Made by a program: the position numbers and the translations under genes. The notes beneath the pieces are model-generated. The model made no database searches and was not told where the DNA came from. It saw only the letters and a program-made list of their open reading frames with translations. DNA of 64,000 nucleotides from Somniosus microcephalus (taxonomy: Eukaryota), in NCBI GenBank assembly GCA_052327205.1, contig CM126202.1, positions 393,700,001-393,764,000 on the forward strand, given 5' to 3'. Below, in pieces: positions 1 to 11,415 of the stretch. Within the stretch, counting starts at the first letter, position 1; each line of letters opens with the position of its first letter.

Positions 1-40
1 CTTTTGCGCCACTTTGGCGCCCCAACCCAATTTCTAGGCC

Positions 41-2400
41 ATAGAGTCATAGAGTTATACAGCACAGAAAGAGGCCCTTCGGCCCATTGCGTCCATGCCA
101 GCCATCAAGCCCTGTCTATTCTAATCCCATTTTCCAGCACTTGGTCCATAGACTTGTAAGCTATGGCGTTTCAAGTGCTCATCTAAATGCTTCTTGAATG
201 TTATGAGGGTTCCAGCCTCTACCACCCTTTCAGGCAGTGAGTTCCAGATTCCAACCACCCTCTGGGTGAAAAAGTTTTGCCTCCAATCCCCTCTAAACCT
301 CCTGCCTCTTACCTTGAAACTATGCCCCCTGGTTATTGACCCCTCTACTAAGGGGAAAAGTTCCTTTCTATCTACCCTATCTATGCCCCTCATAATTTTG
401 TACACCTCAATCAGGTCCCCCCTCAGCCTTCTCTGCTCTGAGGAAAACAACCCCAGCCTGTCCAGTCTCTCCTTATAGCTGAAGCGCTCCAGCCCAGGTA
501 ACATCCTGGTTAATCTCCTCTGCACCCTCTCCAATGCAATCACATCCTTCCTATAGTGTGGCGACCAGAACTGCACACAGCATTCCAGCTGTGGCCTAAC
601 TAGCATTTTGTCCAGCTCCATCATAACCTCCCTGCTCTTATATTCTATGCCTCGGCTACTGAAGCTAAGTATCCCATATGCCTTTTTAACCACCTTTTCT
701 ACCTGTCCTGCTGCCTTCAGGGATCTATGTACATGCACACCAAGGTCCCTCTGATCCTCTGTCTTTCCTAGGGTCCTACCATTCATTGTGTATTCCCTTG
801 CCTTGCTAGTCCTCCCAAAATGCATCACCTCACACTTTTCAGGGTTAAATTTCATTTGCCTCTGTTCTGCCCATCTGACCAACCCGTCTACATCGTCCTG
901 TAGCCTGAGGCTTCCTTCCTCGTTATTTACCACTCCACCAATTTTCGTGTCATCTGCGAACTTACATACTACATTCATATCTAAATCATTAATGTACACT
1001 ACAAACAGCAAAGGACCCAGCACCGATCCCTGCGGTACACCACTGGACACAGGCTTCCAGTCGCAAAAACAACCTTCGACCATCACCCTCTGCCTCCTGC
1101 CACTAAGCCAATTTTGGATCCAATGTGCCAAATTGCCCTGGATCCCATGGGCTCTTACCTTCTTGACCAGTCTCCCATGTGGGACTTTGTCAAAAGCCTT
1201 ACTGAAGTCCATGTAAACTACATCAACTGCACTACCCTCATCCACACACCTACTCACCCCCTTGAAAAATTCAATGAAATTGGTTAGACATGATCTCCCC
1301 TGACAAAGCCATGCTGACTATCCTTGATTAATCCTTGCCTCTCCAAGTGGAGACTAATTCTGTCCCTCAGAATTCTTTCCAATAATTTCCCTATTACTGA
1401 TGTTAGGCTCACTGGCCTGTAATTACTTGGTTTATCCCTACTACCCTTCTTGAATAATGGTACTATGTTAGCTGTCCTCCAGTCATCTGGCACCTCCCCT
1501 GTGACCAGAGTGGTTCTGAAAATTTGTGTCAGAGCCCCTGCAATCTCCTCCCTTGCCTCACACAACAGCCTGGGATACATCTCATCAGGGCCTGGGGATT
1601 TATCCACTTTTAAGTCCGCTAAAACCGCTAGCACCTCCTCCCTCTCAATACTAATTTGTTCAAGTAAATCACAATCCCCCTGCCTGATTTCTATGCCTAC
1701 ATCGTCCTTCTCCATAGTGAACACAGATGCAAAATATTCATTTAAAACCTCACCTACCTCTTCCGGCTCTACACACACATTGCCACTTTGGTCCCTAATG
1801 GGCCCTACTGTTTCCCTGGTTATCCACTTGCCCTTAATATACTTATAAAACACCTTGGGATTTTCCTTTACTTTGCCCGCCAGTGTTTTTTCATGTCCCC
1901 TCTTCGCTCTCCTAATTTCTTTTTTAAGTACCCCCCCTGCACTTTCTATACTCCTTTAGGGCTTCCATTGTTTTTAGTCCTTTGTATCTGCCAAAAGCCT
2001 CCCTTTTTTTCCTAATCCATTCTGGTATACCCCTTGACATCCAGGGTTCCCTGGGCTTGTTGGTCCCACCCTTGACCTTTACGGGAACATGTTGGCGTTG
2101 TACACTCTCTATTTCCTTTCTGAAAGACTTCCACTGCTCTGATGTAGATTTTCCAACAAGTAGCTGATCCCAGTCCACTTTGGCCAGATCCTGCCTTATC
2201 ATATTAAAATCGGCCTTCCCCCAATTTAGAACCTTTATTTCCGGTCCATCTTTGTCATTTTCCATGACTACCTTAAAACTCACCGAATTATGGTCACTGT
2301 CACCAAAATGCTCTCCTACTGACACTTCTACCACTTGCCCGGTTACATTCCCTAGAATTAGGTCCAGTACCGCCCCCTCTCTTGTAGGACTTTCTACATG
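41..2400 (-). mobile_element. CR1-clade (HER1-like) LINE, 5'-truncated, ORF2 frameshifted
   Basis: ORF pieces 1924-2334, 1284-1853 and 121-1257 give the endonuclease C-terminus (SDHN), KSPGPD, NYRPVSLTS, DFSKAFDKV, GVPQGSVLGP and FADDT. An 8-bp (CTCTATGA)-type 3' tail lies at ~41-56. Confidence 0.95.
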
Positions 2401-2404
2401 TGCA

Positions 2405-2717
2405 GTTTCACTAGTCTTGAGGTATCCAGACTATCTCTCTTTAATCTACCTTAACTTCCATGATCTCTCTCATTTTATGTCCTTATACTAATTATCCTTT
2501 AAATATTGTTGCAATTAATTTTGTTAAGCGAATTCTAAGTTCTATTCAGCATTATAATATGATATTTAATGATTTGAGCTTCACTTGCAGCCTGTAGCTG
2601 TTTGTTATCACAGCTTAGTCAAAACTGCGTTTGGCTGTCCCCGCAGCTGCATTCTGAACAAGTCTCAGCTTTTTAGTTACCCAGGAGTAATTATGGGTAC
2701 AGCTGTAATATTATTTG
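2405..2717 (-). repeat. 3' LTR fragment, left of the PLE insertion
   Basis: Near-identical to ~11945-12256. Confidence 0.85.
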
Positions 2718-4910
2718 TGATGTGGAGATGCTGGTGTTGGACTGGGGTGGACAATTGTGAGAAGTCACACAACACCAGGTTATAGTCCAACAGCTTTATT
2801 TGAAATCACAAGCTTTCGAAGCGCCGCTCCTTCGTCAGGTGAAGTGAAGAGATGCATATAGGCACAGCATATATAGTCAGAGAACACTGCCAGATGATTA
2901 CAGGTAATCTTTCTAACTGCCCTTTATCGCACCTCGGCAGAGAGATAATCACAGCAATCAAAGGTGTGGATGGTGTCCAAACAGATCAGTCAGGAAAACA
3001 TTACATCAAAGAACAATGAGGTGGGGTCACAAGGGGTCAAATGTTGCAGATGCTAGGGTCTGTATGAAAAACAAAAAACAATTTAAAAAAAAAATGTTGC
3101 TGCAAATCACAGCAGGCCCAGCCGCATCTGTGTAGAGAGAACAAGCCAACGACGACTCGAGTCTGGATGACTCCGTCAGGTGGGGTTACATGTAGCGTGA
3201 CATGAACCCAAGATCCTAGTTGAGGCCATACTCATGAGTGCGGAATTTGGCTATCAGTTTCTGCTCGACGATTTTGCGTTGTCGTGTGTCTCGAAGGCCG
3301 CCTTGGAGGATGCTTACCCGAAGATCGGAGGCTGAATGTCCTTGACTGCTGAAGTGTTCCCCGACTGGGAGGGAACACTCCTGCCTGGCGATTGTTGTGC
3401 AGTGTCCGTTCATCAGTTGTCGCAGTGTCTGCATGGTCTCGCTGATGTACCATGCTCCGGGGCATCCTTTCCTGCAATGTATGAGGTAGACAACGTTGGC
3501 CGAGTCACATGAGTATGTACCATGTACCTGGTGGGTGGTGTCCTCACGTGTGATGATGGTATCTGTGTTGATGATCTGGCATGTCTTGCAGAGGTTGCCG
3601 TGGCAGGGTTGTGTGGTGTCGTGGTCGCTGTTCTCCTGAAAGCTGGGTAATTTGCTGCGAACGATGGTCTGTTTGAGGTTAGGTGGCTGTTTGAAGGTGA
3701 GTAGTGGAGGCGTGGGGATGGCCTTAGCGAGGTGTTCGCCATCATCGATGACATGTTGACGGCTGCGAAGAACATGGCATAGTTTCTCCGCTCCGGGGAA
3801 GTACTGGACGACGAAGGGTACTCTGTTGGTTGTGTCCCGTGTTTGTCTTCTGAGGAGGTCTATGCGATTTCTCGCTGTGGCCCGTCGGAACTGTCGACCG
3901 ATGAGTCGAGCGTCATATCCCGTTCTTACGAGGGCATCTTTCATCATCTGTAGGTGTCCATCGCGTTCCTTCTTGTCTGAGCAGATCCTGTGTATTCGCA
4001 GGGCTTGTCCATAGGGGATGGCTTCTTTAACATGGTTAGGGTGGAAGCTGGAGAAGTGGAGCATCGTGAGGTTGTCCGTGGGCTTGCGGTAGAGTGAAGT
4101 GCTGAGGTGTCCGTCTTTGATGGAGATTCGTGTGTCCAAGAATGAAACCGATTCTGAGGAGTAGTCCATGGTGAGTTTGATGGTGGGATGGAACTTGTTG
4201 ATGTTATCATGTAGTCTTTTCAGTGATTCTTCGCCGTAGGTCCATAGGAAGAAAATGTCGTCGATGTATCTGGTGTATAGCGTTGGTTGGAGGTCCTGTG
4301 CAGCGAAGAAGTCTTGCTCGAACTTGTGCATGAAGATGTTGGAGTATTGGGGTGCGAATTTGGTCCCCGTGGCTGTTCCGTGTGTTTGGGTAAAGAACTG
4401 GTTGTCGAAGGTGAAGACATTGTGGTCCAGGATGAAGCGGATGAGTTGTAGGATGGCGTCTGGAGATTAGCTGTTGTTGGTGTTGAGTACTGAGGCTGTC
4501 GCAGCAATGCCGTTATCGTGGGGGATACTGGTGTAGAGTGCCGAGACGTCCATCGTGGCGAGGAGTGTTCCTGGTTCAACTGGTCCGTGGGTGCTGAGTT
4601 TCTGTAAGAAGTCTGTAGTGTCGCGACAGAAGCTGGGGGTTCCCTGTACGATGGGTTTCAGGATGCCCTCGACGTATCCAGAGAGGTTCGCACACAGGGT
4701 TCCATTGCCTGATACGATAGGACATCCGGGTGTGTTGGATTTGTGTATCTTTGGGAGGCAGTAGAAGTCTCCCATGCAGGGAGTACGTGGGATGAGAGCG
4801 CATAGGGGGCTTTGAAGGTCTGGATCGAAGGTCTTGATCAGTCTGTTGAGTTGGCGGGTGTGTTCCTTGGTTGGATCTGCGGGTAACTGTCTGTAGTGTT
4901 CCTGGTTGTC
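2718..4910 (-). mobile_element. Penelope-like element (Neptune-like), left inverted arm, 5'-truncated
   Basis: ORFs 4467-4967 and 3216-4331 contain YCLPKIHK, DVSALYTSIP, RYIDDIF, the Cys linker PCHGNLCKTC and a GIY-YIG domain (VVYLIHC...WYISET). Confidence 0.95.
2806..2842 (-). ncRNA. Minimal type I hammerhead ribozyme motif in the PLE pseudo-LTR
   Basis: TCAC-CTGACGA-A-GGAGC ggc GCTTC-GAAA-GC-TT-GTGA: intact core boxes, stems I and II, and palindromic AAGCTT in place of stem III. Confidence 0.8.
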
Positions 4911-7623
4911 CCCCAGTACCACGGTTGAAACCACAGGGAAGTCCATCGTCAACTTCTCCGACCACACCCTTCAACCAGACGAAATCGAAGTTCTCAGCCG
5001 AGGGCTCAATTTCTGCCCCACCACCAAAATGGACCCCATCGGTCTCGCGGCAGACACAGAGGAATTTATCAGGAGAATGAGGCTCCGGGAATTCTTCTAC
5101 AAATCCCAAGATGTCAGCAGCGAACCCAATGAGACAATCAATGATCCAGAACAGCAGACAGAGGGATCCGCAGTGCAGCAGCCGAAGAAGAAAGAGTCAA
5201 ATTGGACCCCTCCGGAGGGTCACTGCCTAAGCTTGACATGTATGCTCAAGCTGTCAGGAGATGCATCAACGCCAGATTCATCAGCCGTACTCACATGACA
5301 GTCCAGAATGTCACCCGAGCACAACGCAACGCCATCCACGCTCACAAGACCAACCACAACATCACAACATCGTCATCAAACCAGCAGACAAAGGAGGAGC
5401 CATCGTCATACAGAACAGAATGGACTATTGCAAAGAAGCATACCGACAACTGGACAACCAGGAACACTACAGGCAGTTACCCGCAGATCCGACCAAAGAA
5501 CACACCCGCCAACTCAACAGACTGATCCAGACCTTCGATCCAGACCTTCAAAGCACCCTACGCGCTCTCATCCCATGTACTCCCCACGTGGGAGACTTCT
5601 ACTGCCTCCCAAAGATACACAAAGCCAACACACCCTTACGTCCTATCGTATCAGGCAACGGAACCCTGTGTGAGAACCTCTCTGGATACGTCGAGGGCAT
5701 CCTGAAACCCATCGTACAGGGAACCCCCAGCTTCTGTCGCGACACTACAGACTTCTTACAGAAACTCAGCACCCACGGACCAGTTGAACCAGGAACACTC
5801 CTCGCCACGATGGACGTCTCGGCACTCTACACCAGTATCCCCCACGATGATGGCATCGCTGCGACAGCCTCAGTACTCAACACCAACAACAGCCAATCTC
5901 CAGACGCCATCCTACAACTCATCCGCTTCATCCTGGACCACAATGTCTTCACCTTCGACAACCAGTTCTTTACCCAAACACACGGAACAGCCATGGGGAC
6001 CAAATTCGCACCCCAATACGCCAACATCTTCATGCACAAGTTCGAGCAAGACTTCTTCGCTGCACAGGACCTCCAACCAACGCTATACACCAGATACATC
6101 AACGACATTTTCTTTCTATGGACCCACGGCGAAGAATCACTGAAAAGACTACACGATAACATCAACAAGTTCCATCCCACCATCAAACTCACCATGGACT
6201 ACTCCTCAGAATCGGTTTCATTCTTGGACACATGAATCTCCATCAAAGACGGACACCTCAGCACTTCACTCTACCGCAAGCCCATGGACAACCTCACGAT
6301 GCTCCACTTCTCCAGCTTCCACCCTAACCACGTTAAAGAAGCCATCCCCTATGGACAAACCCTGCGAATACACAGGATCTGCTCAGACAAGGAGGAACGC
6401 AATGGACACCTACAGATGCTGAAAGACACCCTCGTAAGAATGGGATATGACGCTCGACTCATCGATCGACAGTTCCGACGAGCCACAGCGAAAAATCGCA
6501 TAGACCTCCTCAAAAGACAAACACGGAACACAACCAACAGAGTACCCTTCGTCGTCCAGTACTTCCCCGGAGCGGAGAAACTATGCCATGTTCTTCGCAG
6601 CCTTCAACATGTCATCGATGATGACGAACACCTCGCTAAGGCCATCCCCACGCCTCCACTACTCGCCTTCAAACAGCCGCCTAACCTCAAACAGACCATC
6701 GTTCGCAGCAAATTACCCAGCTTTCAGGAGAACAGCGACCACGACACCACACAACCCTGCCACGGCAACCTCTGCAAGACAAGCCAGATCATGAACACAG
6801 ATACCATCATCACACGTGAGGACACCACCCACCAGGTACATGGTACATACTCATGTGACTCGACCAACATTGTCTACCTTATACGTTGCAGGAAAGGATG
6901 CCCCGGAGCATGGTACATCGGCGAGACCATGCAGACACTGCGACAATGGATGAACGGACACCGCACAACAATCGCCAGGCAGGAGTGTTCCCTCCCAGTC
7001 GGGGAACACTTCAGCAGTCAAGGACATTCAGCCTCCGATCTTCGGGTAAGCATCCTCCAAGGCAGCCTTCGAGACACACAACAACGCAAAATCGTCGAGC
7101 AGAAACTGATAGCCAAGTTCTGTACTCATGAGAATGGCCTCAACCAGGATCTTGGGTTCATGTCACACTACATGTAACCCCACCTGACGTAGAGTCATCC
7201 AGGCTCACGTCGTCGTTGGCTTGTTCTCTCTATACAGACGCGGCCGGACCTGCTGTGATTTCCAGCAACTATTTTTTTTTTTTTAATTACTTTTTGTTTG
7301 TTTTTTGTTTTTCATACAGACCCCAGCATCTGCAACATTTGACCCCTTGTGGCCCCACCTCATTGTTCTTTGATGTAATGTTTTCCTGACTGACCTGTTT
7401 GGACACCATCCACACCTTTGATCGCTGTGATTATCTCTCTGCCGAGGTACGATAAAGGGCAGTTAGAAAGATTACCTGTAATCATCTGGCAGTGTTCTCT
7501 GACTATATATGCTGTGCCTATATGCATCTCTTCACTTCACCTGACGAAGGAGCAGCGTTCCGAAAGCTTGTGATTTCAAATAAAGCTGTTGAACTATAAC
7601 CTGGTGTTGTGTGACTTCTCACA
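4911..7623 (+). mobile_element. Penelope-like element (Neptune-like), right arm, disrupted ORF
   Basis: ORF pieces 4906-5298 (VLSRGLNFCP), 5261-6235 (IKPADKGG, RT) and 6284-7177 (GIY-YIG IVYLIRC...WYIGET). An in-frame TGA lies at 6233 and frameshifts lie near 5230-5370. Confidence 0.95.
7537..7573 (+). ncRNA. Minimal type I hammerhead ribozyme motif in the PLE pseudo-LTR
   Basis: TCAC-CTGACGA-A-GGAGC agc GTTCC-GAAA-GC-TT-GTGA. Confidence 0.8.
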
Positions 7624-7713
7624 GTAATATTATTTGGTCAATGACTACACTTGAATTTATACATATATGATTCTTGTCTACTAAATATCTCTAAATATCA
7701 GCCTTTCATACCA
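7624..7713 (-). repeat. 3' LTR fragment, right of the PLE insertion, including the TG start
   Basis: Matches 12244-12308. The minus strand starts TGGTATG right after the purine tract. Confidence 0.75.
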
Positions 7714-10700
7714 GTTCCCACCTTGAGGATGAAATACTTTAAACATTGATTCCTCGACTACTTCAATCTATTCTCTGACAAGCGTTGCTGCAAATTGGAG
7801 TCCTTTAATTGAGGGGAACAGAGCGCTTCTCAAATTAGGTTTTATCCCCCTTTTCATTATAGGCCTGGGTGCTAACTATGACACTCACAGGTGCTGCCTG
7901 CCTATCCTCATGGATGAGGGACATCCCGGGTCTCCTCAACCATCATGTCGGCCGTGCTGATATGTCTTGCCTTCTAGTGCATCCCAGTCTATCATTTGTC
8001 CTCCGCCTGCTGCTTCTATTGCTGCATCATACGATCTGACCCCTTACTTAAATTCAATTCACTGTTCCGGTGGTCCAATTCTGCCCCGCCTGGGCTATCT
8101 TCTGTTTCTTCTATCTTTCCTGCTCTTACCCCGCCTGGGGTCTCCTCTACGTTGCTTCGGATCTTCTCTTTCGGTGTGCTCAATTAATTTGTTAGTGCTG
8201 GTTAGTCATAGGCATGAGTACACAATTGGCTTATGCATCAAAGTCTTAGTACATAGGTTACATATATCAAATACACTATCATTACAAGTTGGAGAACTAC
8301 CAGAGCGTGTGAAATAATATGAACCTAAGGGGGTGCTCATATATTAAGCCCAATATTCCACCAGTGTGAGTTGTCCTCTGCTGTCAATTTCAATATCCAT
8401 TCTCGAGTTGTCTTGCTCCAAAACATAAAAATGCTTTAGGGAGGAGTTCAGTCGCATCACAAGCTCACTGAAACCCTCAGACAACAGGGGAATGTAGTAT
8501 CCGAATTGTGCCACATAATTGTGCAGCTCATACTTAAGTATCTCATTTACTGTCAGTTTCACTTGAGCATAGGTTTTGATATTGAGTAAAACATGTTGGT
8601 GATGGGACAGGTCCTGTTAGACCCGTAAAACATGGTAGTTGCGGTAGTAGGGACACAGGAGGCACCACCAAAACCACCTCATACTGGATTCATACTGGTT
8701 TTTCCCACGCTTTGTCATCTACAAAACACAATTATTACAGTTACAAGTTAAATTCAGTCTTGCAATCATTTCACGTGACATTACAGTTTAACATCTAATC
8801 AACAAATCATGGACTTAAAAGATTCTCCAGATCTCTCTTTTACTCGTATCCATCTTGTGGATAATTCTTGCTAAACATGATTTCTCCTTAGCCCTCAATT
8901 GTCCCAATCCAAATTCCATGTAACTCTCCACTTCAACTTCAATTTCAATCCCTCTAACAGGTACCAGTGTGTTTAACTCTATTCTGATTGTTTCATTAAT
9001 TAGATAGTTTCTCGATGGAGTATGTGCCAATGCTTTAAAAGTTGTCTCACTCTCCTGAGCCACATTAACCATTTCATGTCTTGCTGTTGTCAATTAACTG
9101 AGCATGTCTGAGACGCGTTCTTCAGTGCAAATTCACCACGCATTTCCAGATGGTAATTGCTTCATACGTAACAAATCACATTTGCACACTCATATCGGTA
9201 TCTCCAAATCATGCCACACAGGCCATCCGATACAAGCCTTTCTCGGGCTTTCAGGTGATCTTATCAAAAGATTGTCTGGAGGTCTTTGTTCATCTTCCAC
9301 CGTATGGTTCTGATGTCTTGGATAGAGGCCGGACTATAAAATTCAGTTTTCTTAAAAGGTTCATTATAGGCAGGGACACAAATGTCTCCAAGAGAAAGCT
9401 ATCAATTTACTATTCTTAACTACACTTTACTGACTTTCACTAGAAAGTTTGGAAAATTCTCAATTGGTGGTGTAATTCTCCTGTTTCTATCTCACACCCT
9501 CAACCACTTCCTCTCTCTATTTTACACATCCCATTAATTACCACTCATATCTCATTCATGAGCCCTGGAGGAACTTTACTGTCCAGTATAATATTTAAGA
9601 TTGAAAACAGATCAAGCATTCTCACTCGGTCCAAGTTATTAACACTTTTATTATTATTATTTTAGAGGATCTTTTATTTTCCCAAAAGTAACCCAACATA
9701 GTGCCTGAGTCCATTTTGTTATTTCAAAATTATCCCAAAAGCCAAACAGCAGTACTGTTAAACTGACAGGTTTTGTCAATGTTCAATTTCATTTCTATCA
9801 ATTTATCTTCCATTTCCAATTTCAGAAACAAATGATTCCCAGGCTAGGTGGCTTACACAGTGTTTTAACATTAGAGACAGAAGTGCTGCAATTAGTTTAC
9901 AAGGTAACTTCCATGTAACAAAAGAAAGAAGAGAATACATTGTGAGTCTGCTTAGAGTTAATTTATCAAATCATAATTTTCCTTCTGTCACGCTGGGGAA
10001 ATATTAACTTAAAATTAAGAAACTTAAATATAATAACATCCAATATCTTTAAATTTCATACTAAAGTTGTTGCTTGGTGAATTTAAACAGCTGTCAGTGG
10101 AAAGGGTTAACTCTTTTGCAGGTTTTTAAGAAGGTGGAGTGAAACATTGTCAGGCGCATGTAATTGCGTCACTTCACGTAAATTTAAAAAACTTTCCCGA
10201 TCGAAAAAGACAGTTGTGTTTTCACACTTTAACTAAACACAAACAGAACAGCTAAAACAAAATAAAATAGCACATGCTTGTAGAAAACAGTAAATTACAT
10301 CATATTTCTTATTGTCCTTTCTTCAGATGCCTTTCCAAAATACTGTAAAAACATTGAATACAACTGGAGAAAAATTAGTTTTTCACATTTAAACAAATCA
10401 AATCAAACTGCTTTGGAAGATTTCACCATAGCAACCACAACTCCAAGGTTAAATCTTAGACTGAAACTTAATCTTTTGTTAAACAAACTTTTTGTTGTTC
10501 TTCTCAGTTTTTCCATGCCAGCTTAACTTAAATTGTAGTTCAACGTTTTTTTTTCTAATTCTGGGTGCACAATCTTATTCGCACATTCTTAAAACTTCCA
10601 AAATCCAAGACAAGACAAAAGTGTTAAATGCTTTTAACACAGAGAAGTGGGTGGAGCTAAAACAAACATTACAGAATCTTTCTTTTAATGACAGACTTTC

Positions 10701-10953
10701 AGACAAAAGGAATATTGTAACTTCTTAAACATTTATAGTCAGGAAAACTTTCACACTTTAACACACACTTTCACACAAACTGAAATTCCAGCATTTTCTT
10801 GAGGTTCCTTTCACTCAGCAAATCTTGTGTTTTATTTGTCTCGGCACAGACGTTAATAGCTTCCATGTCGGTAAAACTTTAGTTTTTTCTCTTTTTAAAT
10901 CGGCGTCTCAGCAGATTTTCCTGGCTTTCCAAATCTCTGTTTTTTTCCTTCCT

Positions 10954-11232
10954 TTACTGAGTTTTCAGATTGGTTAGCCTGCAAATTAGATCTTTTTCCT
11001 TCTTTATCTCTCCCTCTCTCTCCTGCAATTTATGCTTAACCACCTGACTATGTTTCTCTCTTAACTCGTGTTTTTTCTGATTCACACGTTCCGGAATAAA
11101 GTTTATCACTTCTTCAAAGGGGACTCGGTCTCCTTTGATTAAACGTTCCATCAATAATATCTGTACTTCCTCTGCACAGGTGCCTCTGTCTAACTTACTC
11201 TTATATGCATTAACAAAACTTTCACTAGCCAT
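10954..11232 (-). pseudogene. First internal ORF of the ERV-like element, possible gag N-terminal remnant (charged, coiled-coil-like)
   Basis: ATG-initiated 92-aa ORF about 160 nt downstream of the PBS. Assigned by position only; no diagnostic motif. Confidence 0.4.
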
Positions 11233-11394
11233 TTGGTGATTTTCCTAACAGACCTCGAACATCAATAACTATCGGTGTGCAATTCACGGGCACTCCCCAC
11301 TCCCCATGGGGTATATCCCTCTTCAAGAGCAGCAGCTGATCAGGAAGCTACTTTTGAGGTCCAAGCTAATACACAATACTAGCTGCTTTGTCTT

Positions 11395-11412
11395 GTCACA
11401 TCTGGGTCGCCA
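11395..11412 (-). promoter_or_regulatory. Primer-binding site complementary to tRNA-Arg(CCG)-type 3' end
   Basis: Minus strand reads TGGCGACCCAGATGTGAC, a 17/18 match to the complement of the vertebrate tRNA-Arg 3' end GTCCCATCTGGGTCGCCA (tRNA sequence recalled from memory). Confidence 0.8.
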
Positions 11413-11415
11413 ATT

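Noticed and set aside
194-2491. + strand ORFs overlapping the CR1 element, and similar antisense or alternate-frame ORFs over the other LINE, PLE and Gypsy elements
   Set aside because: These are shadow frames of retroelement coding sequence with no independent motifs.
8815-9093. Retroviral cyclin or env assignment for the ERV internal ORFs
   Set aside because: No convincing cyclin box, furin site, CX6CC motif or transmembrane segment is visible.
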